Positions 20,076 through 29,173 of a stretch of DNA of 64,000 bases are shown piece after piece. Position 1 is the stretch's first letter; every line of letters starts with the position of its first letter. The DNA is from Vulcanimicrobiota bacterium. GTDB lineage: Bacteria; Vulcanimicrobiota; Vulcanimicrobiia; Vulcanimicrobiales; Vulcanimicrobiaceae. Under the pieces are notes generated by a model. The model made no database searches. It saw nothing but the letters and a program-made list of their open reading frames with translations, and was not told the origin of the DNA. Where the stretch lies: positions 320,001 to 384,000 of the forward strand of contig OY968762.1 in assembly GCA_963695225.1 (NCBI GenBank), given 5' to 3'. A program made the position numbers and the translations under genes.

Positions 20076-21058
20076 CGCGATGGCCGATCGTTCACTTTAG
20101 CGCATTGGGTGGCTGAGGCGTCTAGCAGTAGTCGGTGTCGAGGAATAGCCGAGTCGAGATTGGTGGCTTTGGATGAGTAATGTGAATGCAAGTCGCTGAA
20201 CAGTCCGCGGTATCGGGTTACTGCGGGAGGAAGGCCAGCGTTAAGCGGATGTTTCTCTGTTAAGCCGTCGCGCCACGTAAGAGTGATAGATTCCTGAGAA
20301 TGATCTAAGGTGACGTCGCAGTGTTCGTAGTAAAGCGTCGTTGTCTTAGAATTGACATTTAGGGTCCAACTCGTGTCGATGTGAACGATAAACCCTTCTG
20401 AAGGAGTCTTTCCGCTCAGAAGAGCGTTACCCGCGATTTGCGTACATGGTAATTCGCGCAGGCTGATCATCGTTGATGAGAGCATTACGAGAGTCGCATC
20501 GGCAAGAATCTCGTCAAGGACGGTTAATGCATTAATTCCGCTATCTAGCCAAGATCCACTCAGACTCTTCCCTGCGGCGAGGGCGTCACCGTTCGCGATA
20601 TACGGATCGTAGAAGCGACAACTCACTGCTTTCAGAGAACCCAGGGTTGACTTCAGGTGCCTGCAGATCTGCTTCCATCGGAGGATTTCGACGCCAAAGG
20701 CGAAGTGAAACATCGCATAGATCGTGGCCGATTCATGAGCGGAGAGGCGCTCGAGTTCGGCAAGGTCGGCCGCATTAGAGACGAGCGGCTTCTCAACCGC
20801 TGTGCGGCGGCCGGCAGAAAGTGCCGTCTTAAGATGCTGGAAGTGCGTGTCCGTTGGCGATGAGATGACGATCACATCGGCCGGTGAAGAGTCGATCAAA
20901 TGCTGAGCTGTACGATGCCTCGTGATAGACTGCGGGAGGGCTTGCATTCGGGCGACTTCTGGGTCGTAAGCATCGGTGATTTGGATCTGGGGCAAGAGTG
21001 ATAGTGCACGCAGATAATACTCCGTAACCTTGCCTACGCCAAGCAACGCAATATTCAT
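20072..21058 (-). CDS. Gfo/Idh/MocA-family NAD(P)-dependent oxidoreductase
   Basis: IALLGVGKV Rossmann loop, SSPTDTH, VEKP, WLDSGINAL. Confidence 0.9.
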   Translation of the reverse strand: MNIALLGVGKVTEYYLRALSLLPQIQITDAYDPEVARMQALPQSITRHRTAQHLIDSSPADVIVISSPTDTHFQHLKTALSAGRRTAVEKPLVSNAADLAELERLSAHESATIYAMFHFAFGVEILRWKQICRHLKSTLGSLKAVSCRFYDPYIANGDALAAGKSLSGSWLDSGINALTVLDEILADATLVMLSSTMISLRELPCTQIAGNALLSGKTPSEGFIVHIDTSWTLNVNSKTTTLYYEHCDVTLDHSQESITLTWRDGLTEKHPLNAGLPPAVTRYRGLFSDLHSHYSSKATNLDSAIPRHRLLLDASATQCAKVNDRPSR

Positions 21059-21326
21059 GATTCTCGTCGACCGGAGCCTTTCGAGTTCGACCGTGATTCG
21101 TGGTTGAGGACGCTAAGGGAGCAGCACGCTGGTCGAGTGCGAGTAAGCGGCGCTTCGCGGCGGGGGCATTCGGTTCCGGCCAGCCAATGCGAGGGCGAGC
21201 TTGTTGGGTTCAACCGAACATAGCCGAAGGTGGCAGTCGGGCCGTGAGCGCAGGCGATCAGGTCGTAGGGGCCAACGAGGTGCATGAGCTCAAGCGCCGG
21301 TTGTCGAGTCGCAACGACTAACGATT

Positions 21327-21941
21327 CTAGCACTGGGCGCTGTGCCAGTGGCCGAGCGCGAGGTAATCGAGGCGCCCGCGGGAGGCCGCGTCTAGGGGGA
21401 TCGGAAATGAGCCGCGCTGCTCGCCTTCCGATGTCTCGATCGTGCCGGAGATCTGCAGTTCGCCGTGCGCGAGGCCGACGCGGATCGCTCCCGGCGGCGT
21501 GTCGTGGCCCGCGTACCATGCGGTCGGGTCCTCGGTGCTGTACTTCTTCAGGCAGGGAGACGCGAGCAGGACGCCGCCGCCGGGGAGGTCGTAGGCGCGC
21601 GGCTCGCGGATCGTCACGACGTTCGCTCCGTCCAGCGTCTGCCAGGCCGCGCCGGCGTACGGGCCGTCGAGCCCGCCCGGATCGTGATTGCCGGGGAGGA
21701 TGTAGACCGGCATCTTCGCGCGCCGCAGCGCGCCCGCGACCTGCCCGATCTCGGCGGCGCGCGGCGTGCGCTCTTCGAACTGATCCCCGGCGACGAGGAT
21801 GAAGTCCACCTGCTGCTGGTTGGCGACGTCGACGATCCGCTCGACGGTCCTCCGCCGCGCCTCGCGCACGGCGCCGGCCTTGTCGCCGGCCTGCAAGCAC
21901 TTCATCCCGATTTGCCAGTCCGCGGTATGCAAGAACCTCAG
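21327..21941 (-). pseudogene. 3'-truncated duplicate of the SbcD-like nuclease
   Basis: Same protein as 10831-11952 up to GHWHSAQ, then C and stop; same GGAGG + CTG start. Confidence 0.9.
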
Positions 21942-22133
21942 GGGTGATCCTCCGTTGCCGATGCATGCACTGTTCCCGGGCTCTATATCGGGGCCGGGGG
22001 CGTGTCGTGCATCACCGTACGCCACGCACGCGTCGCACGGTTGACGTACGCATACCAGAGGTTATCGGCGGCAGCTTGTTCCGCATCGAGGAATTCTCGA
22101 AACGCCCGTTCTCGAGCGGTGTAGTGCGTAGTG
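21328..22133. repeat. Direct repeat copy 2
   Basis: Matches 11339-12145 at an offset of ~9989 bp. Confidence 0.9.
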
Positions 22134-22355
22134 CGAAAGAGAGTCTGCAGCCTCAATCTGGCGCGCGCGAATGTAGCGGCCCCAAGAACCGTTACTGCCA
22201 AGAGCGGATGTCTCTGCCGGCGGCATAGACGGGGCTGCCTCTGGTGCACTTCTGGTACACTTTCGGGCGTCGGAGCCGCCTCCAGCGCATTCCGCCGGAT
22301 CGTCGCCCGATGATTGTCCCGGGCGGTCCGCCTGCCGAGCCAACTCAAGGGGCTG

Positions 22356-22460
22356 CTAGCCCAGGCACATGAGACCGCAACGGCTCTCGAAAGCGCTGGG
22401 CTAGAAAAACTTTGGCCTCTGCATTCGCAGAGGCCAAAGTCCCGGCTCTCCCGGGGGAAC
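22356..22460 (-). ncRNA. Candidate structured small RNA downstream of the orphan PemK-like toxin
   Basis: Extended -10 TGgTACAAT (22475-22467, minus strand), then hairpin CCCGG-GAGAG-CCGGG, a perfect 14-bp stem 22409-22440 followed by UUUU, and a CTAGCCCAG/CTGGGCTAG stem. Confidence 0.5.
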
Positions 22461-22522
22461 GACGTGATTGTACCACATCTCGGGCAACTGTCGGCGCTCG
22501 CCTACTCGCTTTTCTTTGGCGG

Positions 22523-22926
22523 TTAGATGCAACTCGCGAGTCGCCCTAGACCGATCGCGTGCAGCAGGGCGCGCCTAAGTTCATCGAGTGCCTCGTGGAG
22601 AGGCTGACGGTCGGAATGTACTTGCCGCGCACTCGCACGCGGTCGAGGCGCTCGAAACGGACATGTGCTAGCAGGTCCGCTTTCGCCCAAGTGTCGACGG
22701 GGCCGAAACAAGCATAGCTACCCGGCGGAAAATGAACGTGGATTGGCTTGATCGGCCTGGGCGGCGCCGTACTGACAGGGACTACCAACGCTATCGGTGC
22801 CCCGGCATTTCGCGGTGAAACGACGACAACACGCCGCAGCTTTACCATTTCCGGCGCGACATAACCCGCGAAGTCGCACATCCAGACTTCACCGGGCGAT
22901 GGGATAATATTCGGTGGGAGCGACAT
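22523..22926 (-). pseudogene. PemK/MazF-family endoribonuclease toxin with a 1-nt frameshift near 22596
   Basis: PGEVWMCDF..PEMVKLRRVVVVSP..VVPVST; the expected C-terminus EALDELRRALLHAIGLG lies in the adjacent frame. Confidence 0.75.
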
Positions 22927-23060
22927 CGATTTCTACTACGTTTCGTGCGAGGACCGCATCGCGCTTCCGCTAGGGCAGTATCTCATTGTTGAGGGTATTG
23001 CGACGAAGGAGGAACTGAACAAGTGCGAGATCGCGATTGAGCGGTGGCGCCTGCTTCGCG

Positions 23061-23291
23061 TCAGAGAAGGGCCCGCAATTCGTCGACGGTTAGGCCGGCG
23101 TCGTCTAGAATGGCGGCGGGCGTGCCGCGCTTGATCGTATCGCCACGGTGAACGTGGACCGTCGTGCGCCGGCCGTTTTCCGGATTCTCCGTGAAGTGTG
23201 CACTACCGCGAATGCGAATGACGACGAACCCTGCACGCTGGAGTGCGCGGACTAGCCTGCCGCCTTCGACGACTGGGAGCTTTTCGCTCAT
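23061..23291 (-). CDS. hicA: HicA-family toxin
   Basis: LVRALQRAGF..RIRGSAH..TTVHVH..GT..AIL..AGL. Confidence 0.85.
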   Translation of the reverse strand: MSEKLPVVEGGRLVRALQRAGFVVIRIRGSAHFTENPENGRRTTVHVHRGDTIKRGTPAAILDDAGLTVDELRALL

Positions 23292-23298
23292 AGCGCAG

Positions 23299-23538
23299 CT
23301 ACGCCGCGGGGGCGGGAAGTGTGACTGCCACGGCAGTCACGATATCTGACGGCGGAAGCGGCTCGCCGCGCTCGGTCATCACCTCAGCGTGAAGTTCGAT
23401 CACCTCGCGAGCATTTGCGAGGCATTCCTCGACCGTCTCCCCTTGCGTATGTGCGCCCCGGAACGCGGGGATGTGGACCGAAAACCCACCTTCGGCCTCG
23501 GGCTCCAGCACGACTGCGTACGACCGTTCCAACGCCAT
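23299..23538 (-). CDS. hicB: HicB-family antitoxin (short, no DNA-binding domain)
   Basis: YAVVLEPEAEGGFSVHIPAFRGAHTQGETVEECLANAREVI. Confidence 0.9.
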   Translation of the reverse strand: MALERSYAVVLEPEAEGGFSVHIPAFRGAHTQGETVEECLANAREVIELHAEVMTERGEPLPPSDIVTAVAVTLPAPAA

Positions 23539-23592
23539 CGTGGGAGGGTTCTCCTCCGGGATCCGCCATCCCAGCCATCATCGCGCGCGGGT

Positions 23593-23961
23593 CTAGGGGA
23601 CGTGCTCCTGTGGTAGTGCGGCCCGGATCGCGGCGATCGACGCATCGGGTTCCGCGACCTCGATGATGAGCCGCACGTAGCTCTCATCGTGCAAGCGAAT
23701 CGCAATCGCGCGTTCCGGGTCATGTACGTCCCAAAAGACGCGGCCTTCGTGCTCGTAAAACGTGCCGGCGATGACGACGCCGGGAAGGTTCGTTCCCGGC
23801 GCGCGCACGCCATGCCACCAGCCGCGCGCCTCGTCGGCTGCCCGGTCGACTCCGGCGATATGGGCGAGCGGCACGCGCAGCTCGCTCTTAAATGCCCAAA
23901 GCCGGTCGAACCCTTCGACGTGCACAAACAAATCGGGTCCGGCAATCTCGATCGTCGTCAT
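23593..23961 (-). CDS. Conserved hypothetical protein
   Basis: Protein-like composition (LRVPLAHI..RAPGTNLPGVVIAGTF) and host-like codon use. Confidence 0.7.
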   Translation of the reverse strand: MTTIEIAGPDLFVHVEGFDRLWAFKSELRVPLAHIAGVDRAADEARGWWHGVRAPGTNLPGVVIAGTFYEHEGRVFWDVHDPERAIAIRLHDESYVRLIIEVAEPDASIAAIRAALPQEHVP

Positions 23962-24071
23962 GCCGCCACGTACCGTGAGAGTGCTGCGGAGTTACACGCT
24001 TACGCGCGCCCGGCAGAAGGCAAGTTCGCGGCGAGCAACGGTCCGCAAGCAGCGAGCACCGTCATGCGCAC

Positions 24072-24554
24072 TCAGCGTTGGGCGGTCGTGCGGCGCGCGG
24101 GTTTCGAAGTGCCCGCCTTGCGAGGCTCGTACGCGGCGAGTTTCGCCATGGCGCCGGAGGCGGCGAAGAGCATCTCCCGCTCGCCTTCGCTGAGCGTCGC
24201 AGCCATCGCGCGTTCGAGCCACAGGCGCCGCGCTCGCAGGTCCGCGGCGAGGACGCGTTCCCCGTCCGGCGTCAGCGCTATTCGGTGCTCGCGCCGGTCT
24301 GCGTCGCTCAAGCTGCGTGCGATCCAACCTTTGCGCTCGAGATCGGCGATCGTGCGGGTGAGCGACTGCGGCGCCAGACGCTCTTCGGCGGCAAGACGCG
24401 TCGCTGGGATCGGCCCGAGCCGGTGCAGCGTTCCCAGGATAGCGAGTGCGGAGAGCCCGGCCGAGCCCTCGGGCCGTTCGGCGCGCAGGCGCCGCCCGAG
24501 CGAGAGGACGCTGCGCAGGAGCAAGGCTGCATGTTCGCGTTTCACGCTCGTCAA
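24072..24554 (-). CDS. MarR-family regulator (start TTG 24554 or GTG 24545)
   Basis: LAAEERLAPQSLTRTIADLERKGWI..DRRE..LTPDG; divergent from FUSC; palindrome TACGC-ATA-GCGTA near 24559-24571. Confidence 0.9.
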   Translation of the reverse strand: MTSVKREHAALLLRSVLSLGRRLRAERPEGSAGLSALAILGTLHRLGPIPATRLAAEERLAPQSLTRTIADLERKGWIARSLSDADRREHRIALTPDGERVLAADLRARRLWLERAMAATLSEGEREMLFAASGAMAKLAAYEPRKAGTSKPARRTTAQR

Positions 24555-24630
24555 ATAGTACGCATAGCGTAGTAAATCTTGCCGCGCCTGCAAGGATCGA
24601 GCGGGGTATCGGAGGGGAGTCGGGAGTGCG

Positions 24631-25740
24631 GTGAGCGGGAAGGCGCACGTGGCGGCGGCGCTTCGCTGGCAAGGCGAAGCGCGCGCGGAGCCTGCCGCCA
24701 TCCTCGCGGCAGCGCTGGGGATGGCGGGGCCTGTCGCCGTAGGCGTCGCAACCGGTCAGGTCCCGCTCGGCTTGGCGGGCGCCGTCGGCGGGCTTGCCGT
24801 CGGCAACGCAAGCTTGGGGCCGAGCGCGAAGGCCCAGGTGCGGGAACTGGGTGCGGCGCTGGTGCCGGCCGCCTTAGCTGCAGTCGCGGCGGCGGCGATC
24901 GCCGCTCGCGGCACGTTGACGGATGGGCTGCTCGTGCTCTTGGCGTGCGCGGCGGCGATGGCCGGGGGATATAGCCGGCCGATGTCCGTCGCGACGACGC
25001 GCTTCATCCTCTTCCTGATCGTGACGATCAACGTCGCCGGCGCCGCACCGCAGCGCGTAGCGCTGCCGATCCTCATCGTGGCGGGCGCGTTGTGGACCGC
25101 GCTAGCGAGCCTCGCCCTCGGCGGCCTCGCGCGCTCGCTCGGATCGCGCGCGCCTGCCGCGCGTGGCGGCGAACCTGCGGCTGGCGACGCTGCGACGGCC
25201 GCGGGCGGCGGCGAGGCGCCGGCGGCGACGGCCGCCCAGGGGCTCGCACGTTGGAAGAAGACGTTGACCGGCGTTGCAAGCCGGAATTACACGCTACGGC
25301 TCGGGATCTGCTTGACGGTCGCCGGCATCTTGCGATCGATGTGGCCGGAGCACCACCTGTATTGGATCGCGCTCACCGCTGCGCTGCTCTGCGAACGGCG
25401 CGTCGAGGCGTTTCCGATCAAGACGACGCAACGCGCCTTCGGCACGGCGCTCGGCGTCATGCTCGCATACGCATTCGTCGCATGCAACGTCACCGGATGG
25501 GCCTTGGCCGGCGCAATCGGCATACTCGCAGGCTTACGGGCGTGGCTGCGCACGAAGAACTATCTCGCTTACGCGATTGCGATGACGCCGCTCATCATCC
25601 TAATCATGGATGCGGGGCGGCCGCTCGGCAGCGGCGTGCTGATGGATCGCCTCGTCGCGACGCTCATCGGCGCGGCCCTCGTCGTCTGCGTCAACCTGCT
25701 GATCGGCGGCCGATCATCCGCCCGCCAAACTGGCTCTTGA
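24631..25740 (+). CDS. FUSC-family membrane protein
   Basis: Multiple TM segments; YWIALT..QRAFGTALG..DRLVATLIG. Confidence 0.85.
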   Translation: MSGKAHVAAALRWQGEARAEPAAILAAALGMAGPVAVGVATGQVPLGLAGAVGGLAVGNASLGPSAKAQVRELGAALVPAALAAVAAAAIAARGTLTDGLLVLLACAAAMAGGYSRPMSVATTRFILFLIVTINVAGAAPQRVALPILIVAGALWTALASLALGGLARSLGSRAPAARGGEPAAGDAATAAGGGEAPAATAAQGLARWKKTLTGVASRNYTLRLGICLTVAGILRSMWPEHHLYWIALTAALLCERRVEAFPIKTTQRAFGTALGVMLAYAFVACNVTGWALAGAIGILAGLRAWLRTKNYLAYAIAMTPLIILIMDAGRPLGSGVLMDRLVATLIGAALVVCVNLLIGGRSSARQTGS

Positions 25741-25881
25741 CACGGAAGGCGCGCCCGGGGACGGCGCGCCGCTCACGTTTTCCCGTGAACGTCGTCCGCT
25801 CGGGGAGGCTGTGGATCTGGGCCGGCCGCCGGCGACGCGCCGCGGGCGGGTCGGATCGCGGCCGCGTTCGAATCGATCGGC

Positions 25882-26514
25882 ATGGAGCACGAGCGTCCCG
25901 TCGCACTCGCGCTGGATGCCATGGGCGTCATCTTTCGCGACGCAGACGATGTCGCCGCTCTCCTCATTCCGTTCGTTGCGGCGCAAGGAGGGTCGAGGGA
26001 CGCGGTCTTCGTGGAGGAGCGCTACCGCTCGGCGAGTCTCGGCGAGCTTACGGCAGAGGAGTTTTGGCAAGCGGTCGGGCTGGCGTCGGATCTGGAGAAT
26101 GCGTACTTAGCGCAGCATCGCCTCAACGACGGTGCCGTCGCCTTTCTCGAGCAGAGCGGCGAGCTGTTTTCGCGTGTTTGCTGCGTGACGAACGACGTAA
26201 GCGAATGGTCGAAGAAGCTGCGACGGCGGTTTGGCCTCGACCGCGCAATCGAGCACTGGTTCGTCAGCGGCGAGATCGGCAGGCGCAAGCCGGATGCCGC
26301 AATCTACGAGCGCGCGCTGCGCGAGCTACGCGCGCCTGCGGAGCGCCTGCTCTTCGTTGACGACCGCCTGCGCAACGTGGAGGCCGCCGCCGCCCTCGGC
26401 ATCTTCGGCGTCTTGTTCGGCCCGGAGGCGCGCAGCTCGGGATGGGACTACGCGGTGCGAGATTTCAACGAGCTTGCCGCGTTCTGCCGGCAATGGCGCC
26501 TCGGGGGAACGTGA
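25882..26514 (+). CDS. HAD-family hydrolase
   Basis: LALDAMGV, VTND, SGEIGRRKPDAAIY, LFVDDRLRNV. Confidence 0.9.
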   Translation: MEHERPVALALDAMGVIFRDADDVAALLIPFVAAQGGSRDAVFVEERYRSASLGELTAEEFWQAVGLASDLENAYLAQHRLNDGAVAFLEQSGELFSRVCCVTNDVSEWSKKLRRRFGLDRAIEHWFVSGEIGRRKPDAAIYERALRELRAPAERLLFVDDRLRNVEAAAALGIFGVLFGPEARSSGWDYAVRDFNELAAFCRQWRLGGT

Positions 26515-26538
26515 TGTCTACGCTCAAGAGACGCTCCG

Positions 26539-26715
26539 ATGGGTGACGGTCCGGAGCGCAAGCGGGGTGGAGCGCGCTCGTGTTTCAACAAGAACGGATC
26601 GCCGAAGGCGGCCTTTGCGACGAAGAAGCTCGCCGAGCGCGCCATTCCGCGGACGAGCGTCAGGCTCGCGGCATACGCCTGCGCGCAGCATGGGTGGCAC
26701 CTCGGCCACCGCTAG
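26539..26715 (+). CDS. 58-aa small protein, possible Zn-binding C/C/H/H
   Basis: Hand translation MGDGPERKRGGARSCFNKNGSPKAAFATKKLAERAIPRTSVRLAAYACAQHGWHLGHR; below the ORF-track cutoff. Confidence 0.55.
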   Translation: MGDGPERKRGGARSCFNKNGSPKAAFATKKLAERAIPRTSVRLAAYACAQHGWHLGHR

Positions 26716-26789
26716 GCGTCGGCAGAGATCCAGGCCCGCGCCTGCGCGGCCCGCGCGTATGGCTGCACGATCGGGAGCCCCTGCACTGG

Positions 26790-26818
26790 TTCATTTCGTC
26801 GCCGAAACGTGCTAGATT
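26790..26818 (+). promoter_or_regulatory. Putative sigma70 promoter for the peptide-rSAM pair
   Basis: TTCATT-17 nt-TAGATT with TG extension. Confidence 0.4.
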
Positions 26819-26857
26819 CTCTTCGGATGCACTCTCTCTGAAAGGGTCGGCGTGGCG

Positions 26858-27016
26858 ATGCAACTCCTAGAAGAAGGCCGGGCGGTCGAAGTTGTGGCCG
26901 AGGACGAAGAAGACGCCCAGAAATCGTGCACGTGCGGCTGTGCCTGCGGCAACGGCGGCGATGCAGTGCACGCCAACAATTTCGATCAAACTTCGGCGGT
27001 CACGGCGGTAACCTAG
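26858..27016 (+). CDS. Cys-rich RiPP precursor peptide, 52 aa, CxCxCxC core (alternative GTG start at 26852)
   Basis: MQLLEEGRAVEVVAEDEEDAQKSCTCGCACGNGGDAVHANNFDQTSAVTAVT; GAAAGGG upstream; stop 7 nt before the rSAM start. Confidence 0.85.
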   Translation: MQLLEEGRAVEVVAEDEEDAQKSCTCGCACGNGGDAVHANNFDQTSAVTAVT

Positions 27017-27023
27017 AGACTCC

Positions 27024-28526
27024 GTGAACCCCAGCGGCGGCGGTGCGCGTTCGCGGGCGGCGGACGCCGGGCCGTTCGTCAAGGTTTTCAAAACCGGCTC
27101 GCATCGTTACGTCTACGATGTGAGCCGTAATGCCCTGTTTCAAACGCGGGCCGCGACCGCAGCCGTCATCGAGGCCCTCGGCCAGGGCGTGAGCCCCGCC
27201 GAAGTCCACGCCCGGCTGCGGCCGCGCTATTCCCGCGACCAAGTCGCCCGCTCGCTGCGCGACGTGCGCCGCTGGAAGCGCAAGGGATACCTCTCCGGCC
27301 GCAGGCCTTTGGGCTTGCGCCTCGGTCTAACGCCGAGCGACCTTCAAGCGCAGATGGCGAGCGGCTTGCGTCAGCTGATCCTCGGCGTGACGGAGACGTG
27401 CAACCTGCGCTGCCGCTATTGCGTCTACAGCGGATCGTATCGGCACTTTCGGCAGCATCACGCAGCGAGCATGACGTTCGAGATCGCGAAGAAGGCGCTC
27501 GATTTCTTCTACGACCACGTCGCGCCGGGCGAACCGAACAGGATCTCTTTCTACGGCGGCGAGCCGCTCGTCAATCTCGCGCTGATCCGAGAATGCGTTG
27601 CGTATTACGACGAAAAGGCGCAAGGCCGCCGGATCGTCTACAACCTGACGACGAACGCGACGCTTTTGAAGGCCGAAGCGCGCCGCTTCCTCGCCGAGCA
27701 CAACGTCGCCGTGCGCGTGAGCCTGGATGGGCCCGAGGAGATCCACGACACGAATCGCGTCTATCGCAACGGACGCGGCTCGTACGGCGCCGTCCGCGAG
27801 CATCTCGAGGCGCTCGCGCGCGAGTACCCGGCCTACTTTCGCGAGCGCGTCTCGTTCTGCTCGGTCGCCGGGGCGCCGTACAAACTCGCTCCCGTCCTCG
27901 AGTTCTTCGAGGGCGATCCGCTGTTCGCGGGGCTCACCGTCTCCGTGAACGGCGTGCGCCCGGTCGACACGTCGTATCTGGAGGAACACCCGCCCTCGTT
28001 CGACGGCGCGGAAATCGGGGCGCTCCGCCGCAGATACATCGCGAAGACGGTGAAGGGCGAGGATCCCGGGACGTACCTGCGCTCGCTCTTCGAATCGCGC
28101 TTGGCGGACATCGTGCAAAGGGGGGCGGGGAAGCCGATTCCCGAGTACCTCCATCCGAACAAGATCTGCATCCCCGGCGTTCGGCGGCTCTTCGTCGACA
28201 GCAGCGGGCGCTTCCAGGCCTGCGAGCGCTTCAACGAGACACTCTTCATCGGCGACGTGGAGCGCGGCTTCGACGCGACGAAGGTTGCGGGCCTCATCGA
28301 CGACTACATCCGCATCAGCGAGGCCGACTGCCGCACGTGCTGGGCGGTCCGCCTCTGCCGAACGTGCTTCATCTCCGCGAACGGCGACGGCATCGACGGC
28401 GAGCACAAACGCAAGCACTGCGCGAACGAGCGCCGCGAGCTGGAAGCCGCGCTCAGCCTCTACTGCACGCTGATGGAGCGGAACCCCGACTGCCTCGACC
28501 GGCTCAAGGATCTCGTCTTCACCTGA
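27024..28526 (+). CDS. Radical SAM/SPASM peptide maturase with N-terminal RRE (CcpM/PapB-like)
   Basis: CNLRCRYC, FYGGEPL, TTNATLL, VSLDG; SPASM CIPG..ACERF..CRTCWAVRLCRTC..C; N-terminal beta-hairpin plus helices. Confidence 0.92.
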   Translation: MNPSGGGARSRAADAGPFVKVFKTGSHRYVYDVSRNALFQTRAATAAVIEALGQGVSPAEVHARLRPRYSRDQVARSLRDVRRWKRKGYLSGRRPLGLRLGLTPSDLQAQMASGLRQLILGVTETCNLRCRYCVYSGSYRHFRQHHAASMTFEIAKKALDFFYDHVAPGEPNRISFYGGEPLVNLALIRECVAYYDEKAQGRRIVYNLTTNATLLKAEARRFLAEHNVAVRVSLDGPEEIHDTNRVYRNGRGSYGAVREHLEALAREYPAYFRERVSFCSVAGAPYKLAPVLEFFEGDPLFAGLTVSVNGVRPVDTSYLEEHPPSFDGAEIGALRRRYIAKTVKGEDPGTYLRSLFESRLADIVQRGAGKPIPEYLHPNKICIPGVRRLFVDSSGRFQACERFNETLFIGDVERGFDATKVAGLIDDYIRISEADCRTCWAVRLCRTCFISANGDGIDGEHKRKHCANERRELEAALSLYCTLMERNPDCLDRLKDLVFT

Positions 28527-28565
28527 TGAGCTCCTAGGGCAGGGAGCCGAGGGGCCGGCCAGTCT

Positions 28566-29051
28566 TCAGCGACCGTCGTCGTCGTATGCTCGCCGCAGTG
28601 CGTTGATGTCGAGCTTCTCCATCTTGAGCATCGCTTCCATCGCGCGCTGCGCACGGACCCGGTCGTCGCCGCCCAAGAGTTCGCCGAGCCCTTGCGGCAC
28701 GATGTTCCAGGGGATCCCGTACTTGTCTTTGAGCCATCCGCATTGGATCGTCGTGCCGCCCGCTGCGAGTTTGTCCCAGAGTGCGTCGACTTCGTCTTGC
28801 GTCTCGCAGCTGACGAACAGCGCTATCGGCGCTGGCCCTTCCGACCCGGCGGGCACGGTGCCGTTGAGTGCCATGAAGTCCTGTCCGTTCAGCTGGAATT
28901 CAACGACCATCGCCAAGTCTTCCGGGCCCGGCCCCGCCGCACCGTAGCGGGTGATGTTGTCGATGCGCGAATTCTTGAATAGAGAGACGTAGAAGCCCGT
29001 GGCTTCCTCCGCCTGGCGGTCAAACCACAGATACGGAATGATTTGCGGCAT
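28566..29051 (-). CDS. VOC/PhnB-like protein
   Basis: IIPYLWFDRQAEEA..FYVSLF, CGWLKDKYGIPW. Confidence 0.9.
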   Translation of the reverse strand: MPQIIPYLWFDRQAEEATGFYVSLFKNSRIDNITRYGAAGPGPEDLAMVVEFQLNGQDFMALNGTVPAGSEGPAPIALFVSCETQDEVDALWDKLAAGGTTIQCGWLKDKYGIPWNIVPQGLGELLGGDDRVRAQRAMEAMLKMEKLDINALRRAYDDDGR

Positions 29052-29173
29052 GGAACGGCCTCCGGAATTCGCGGCGCTATAGGTTTCGTACCCTCCTTTA
29101 CGCAGGTTCGAGCGCGCCCGCCTTGTCGCCCGGCGAAGCGACGGCGTCCGCCGATGCGTGGTAGGATGGTTCC

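Noticed and set aside
12146..21327. Prophage or integrase-driven island
   Set aside because: No phage structural gene, site-specific recombinase or short att pair found
22927..23060. Protein antitoxin for the orphan PemK toxin
   Set aside because: No suitable minus-strand ORF; the plus strand has only a startless protein-like fragment (IDFYYVSCEDRIALPLGQYL..)
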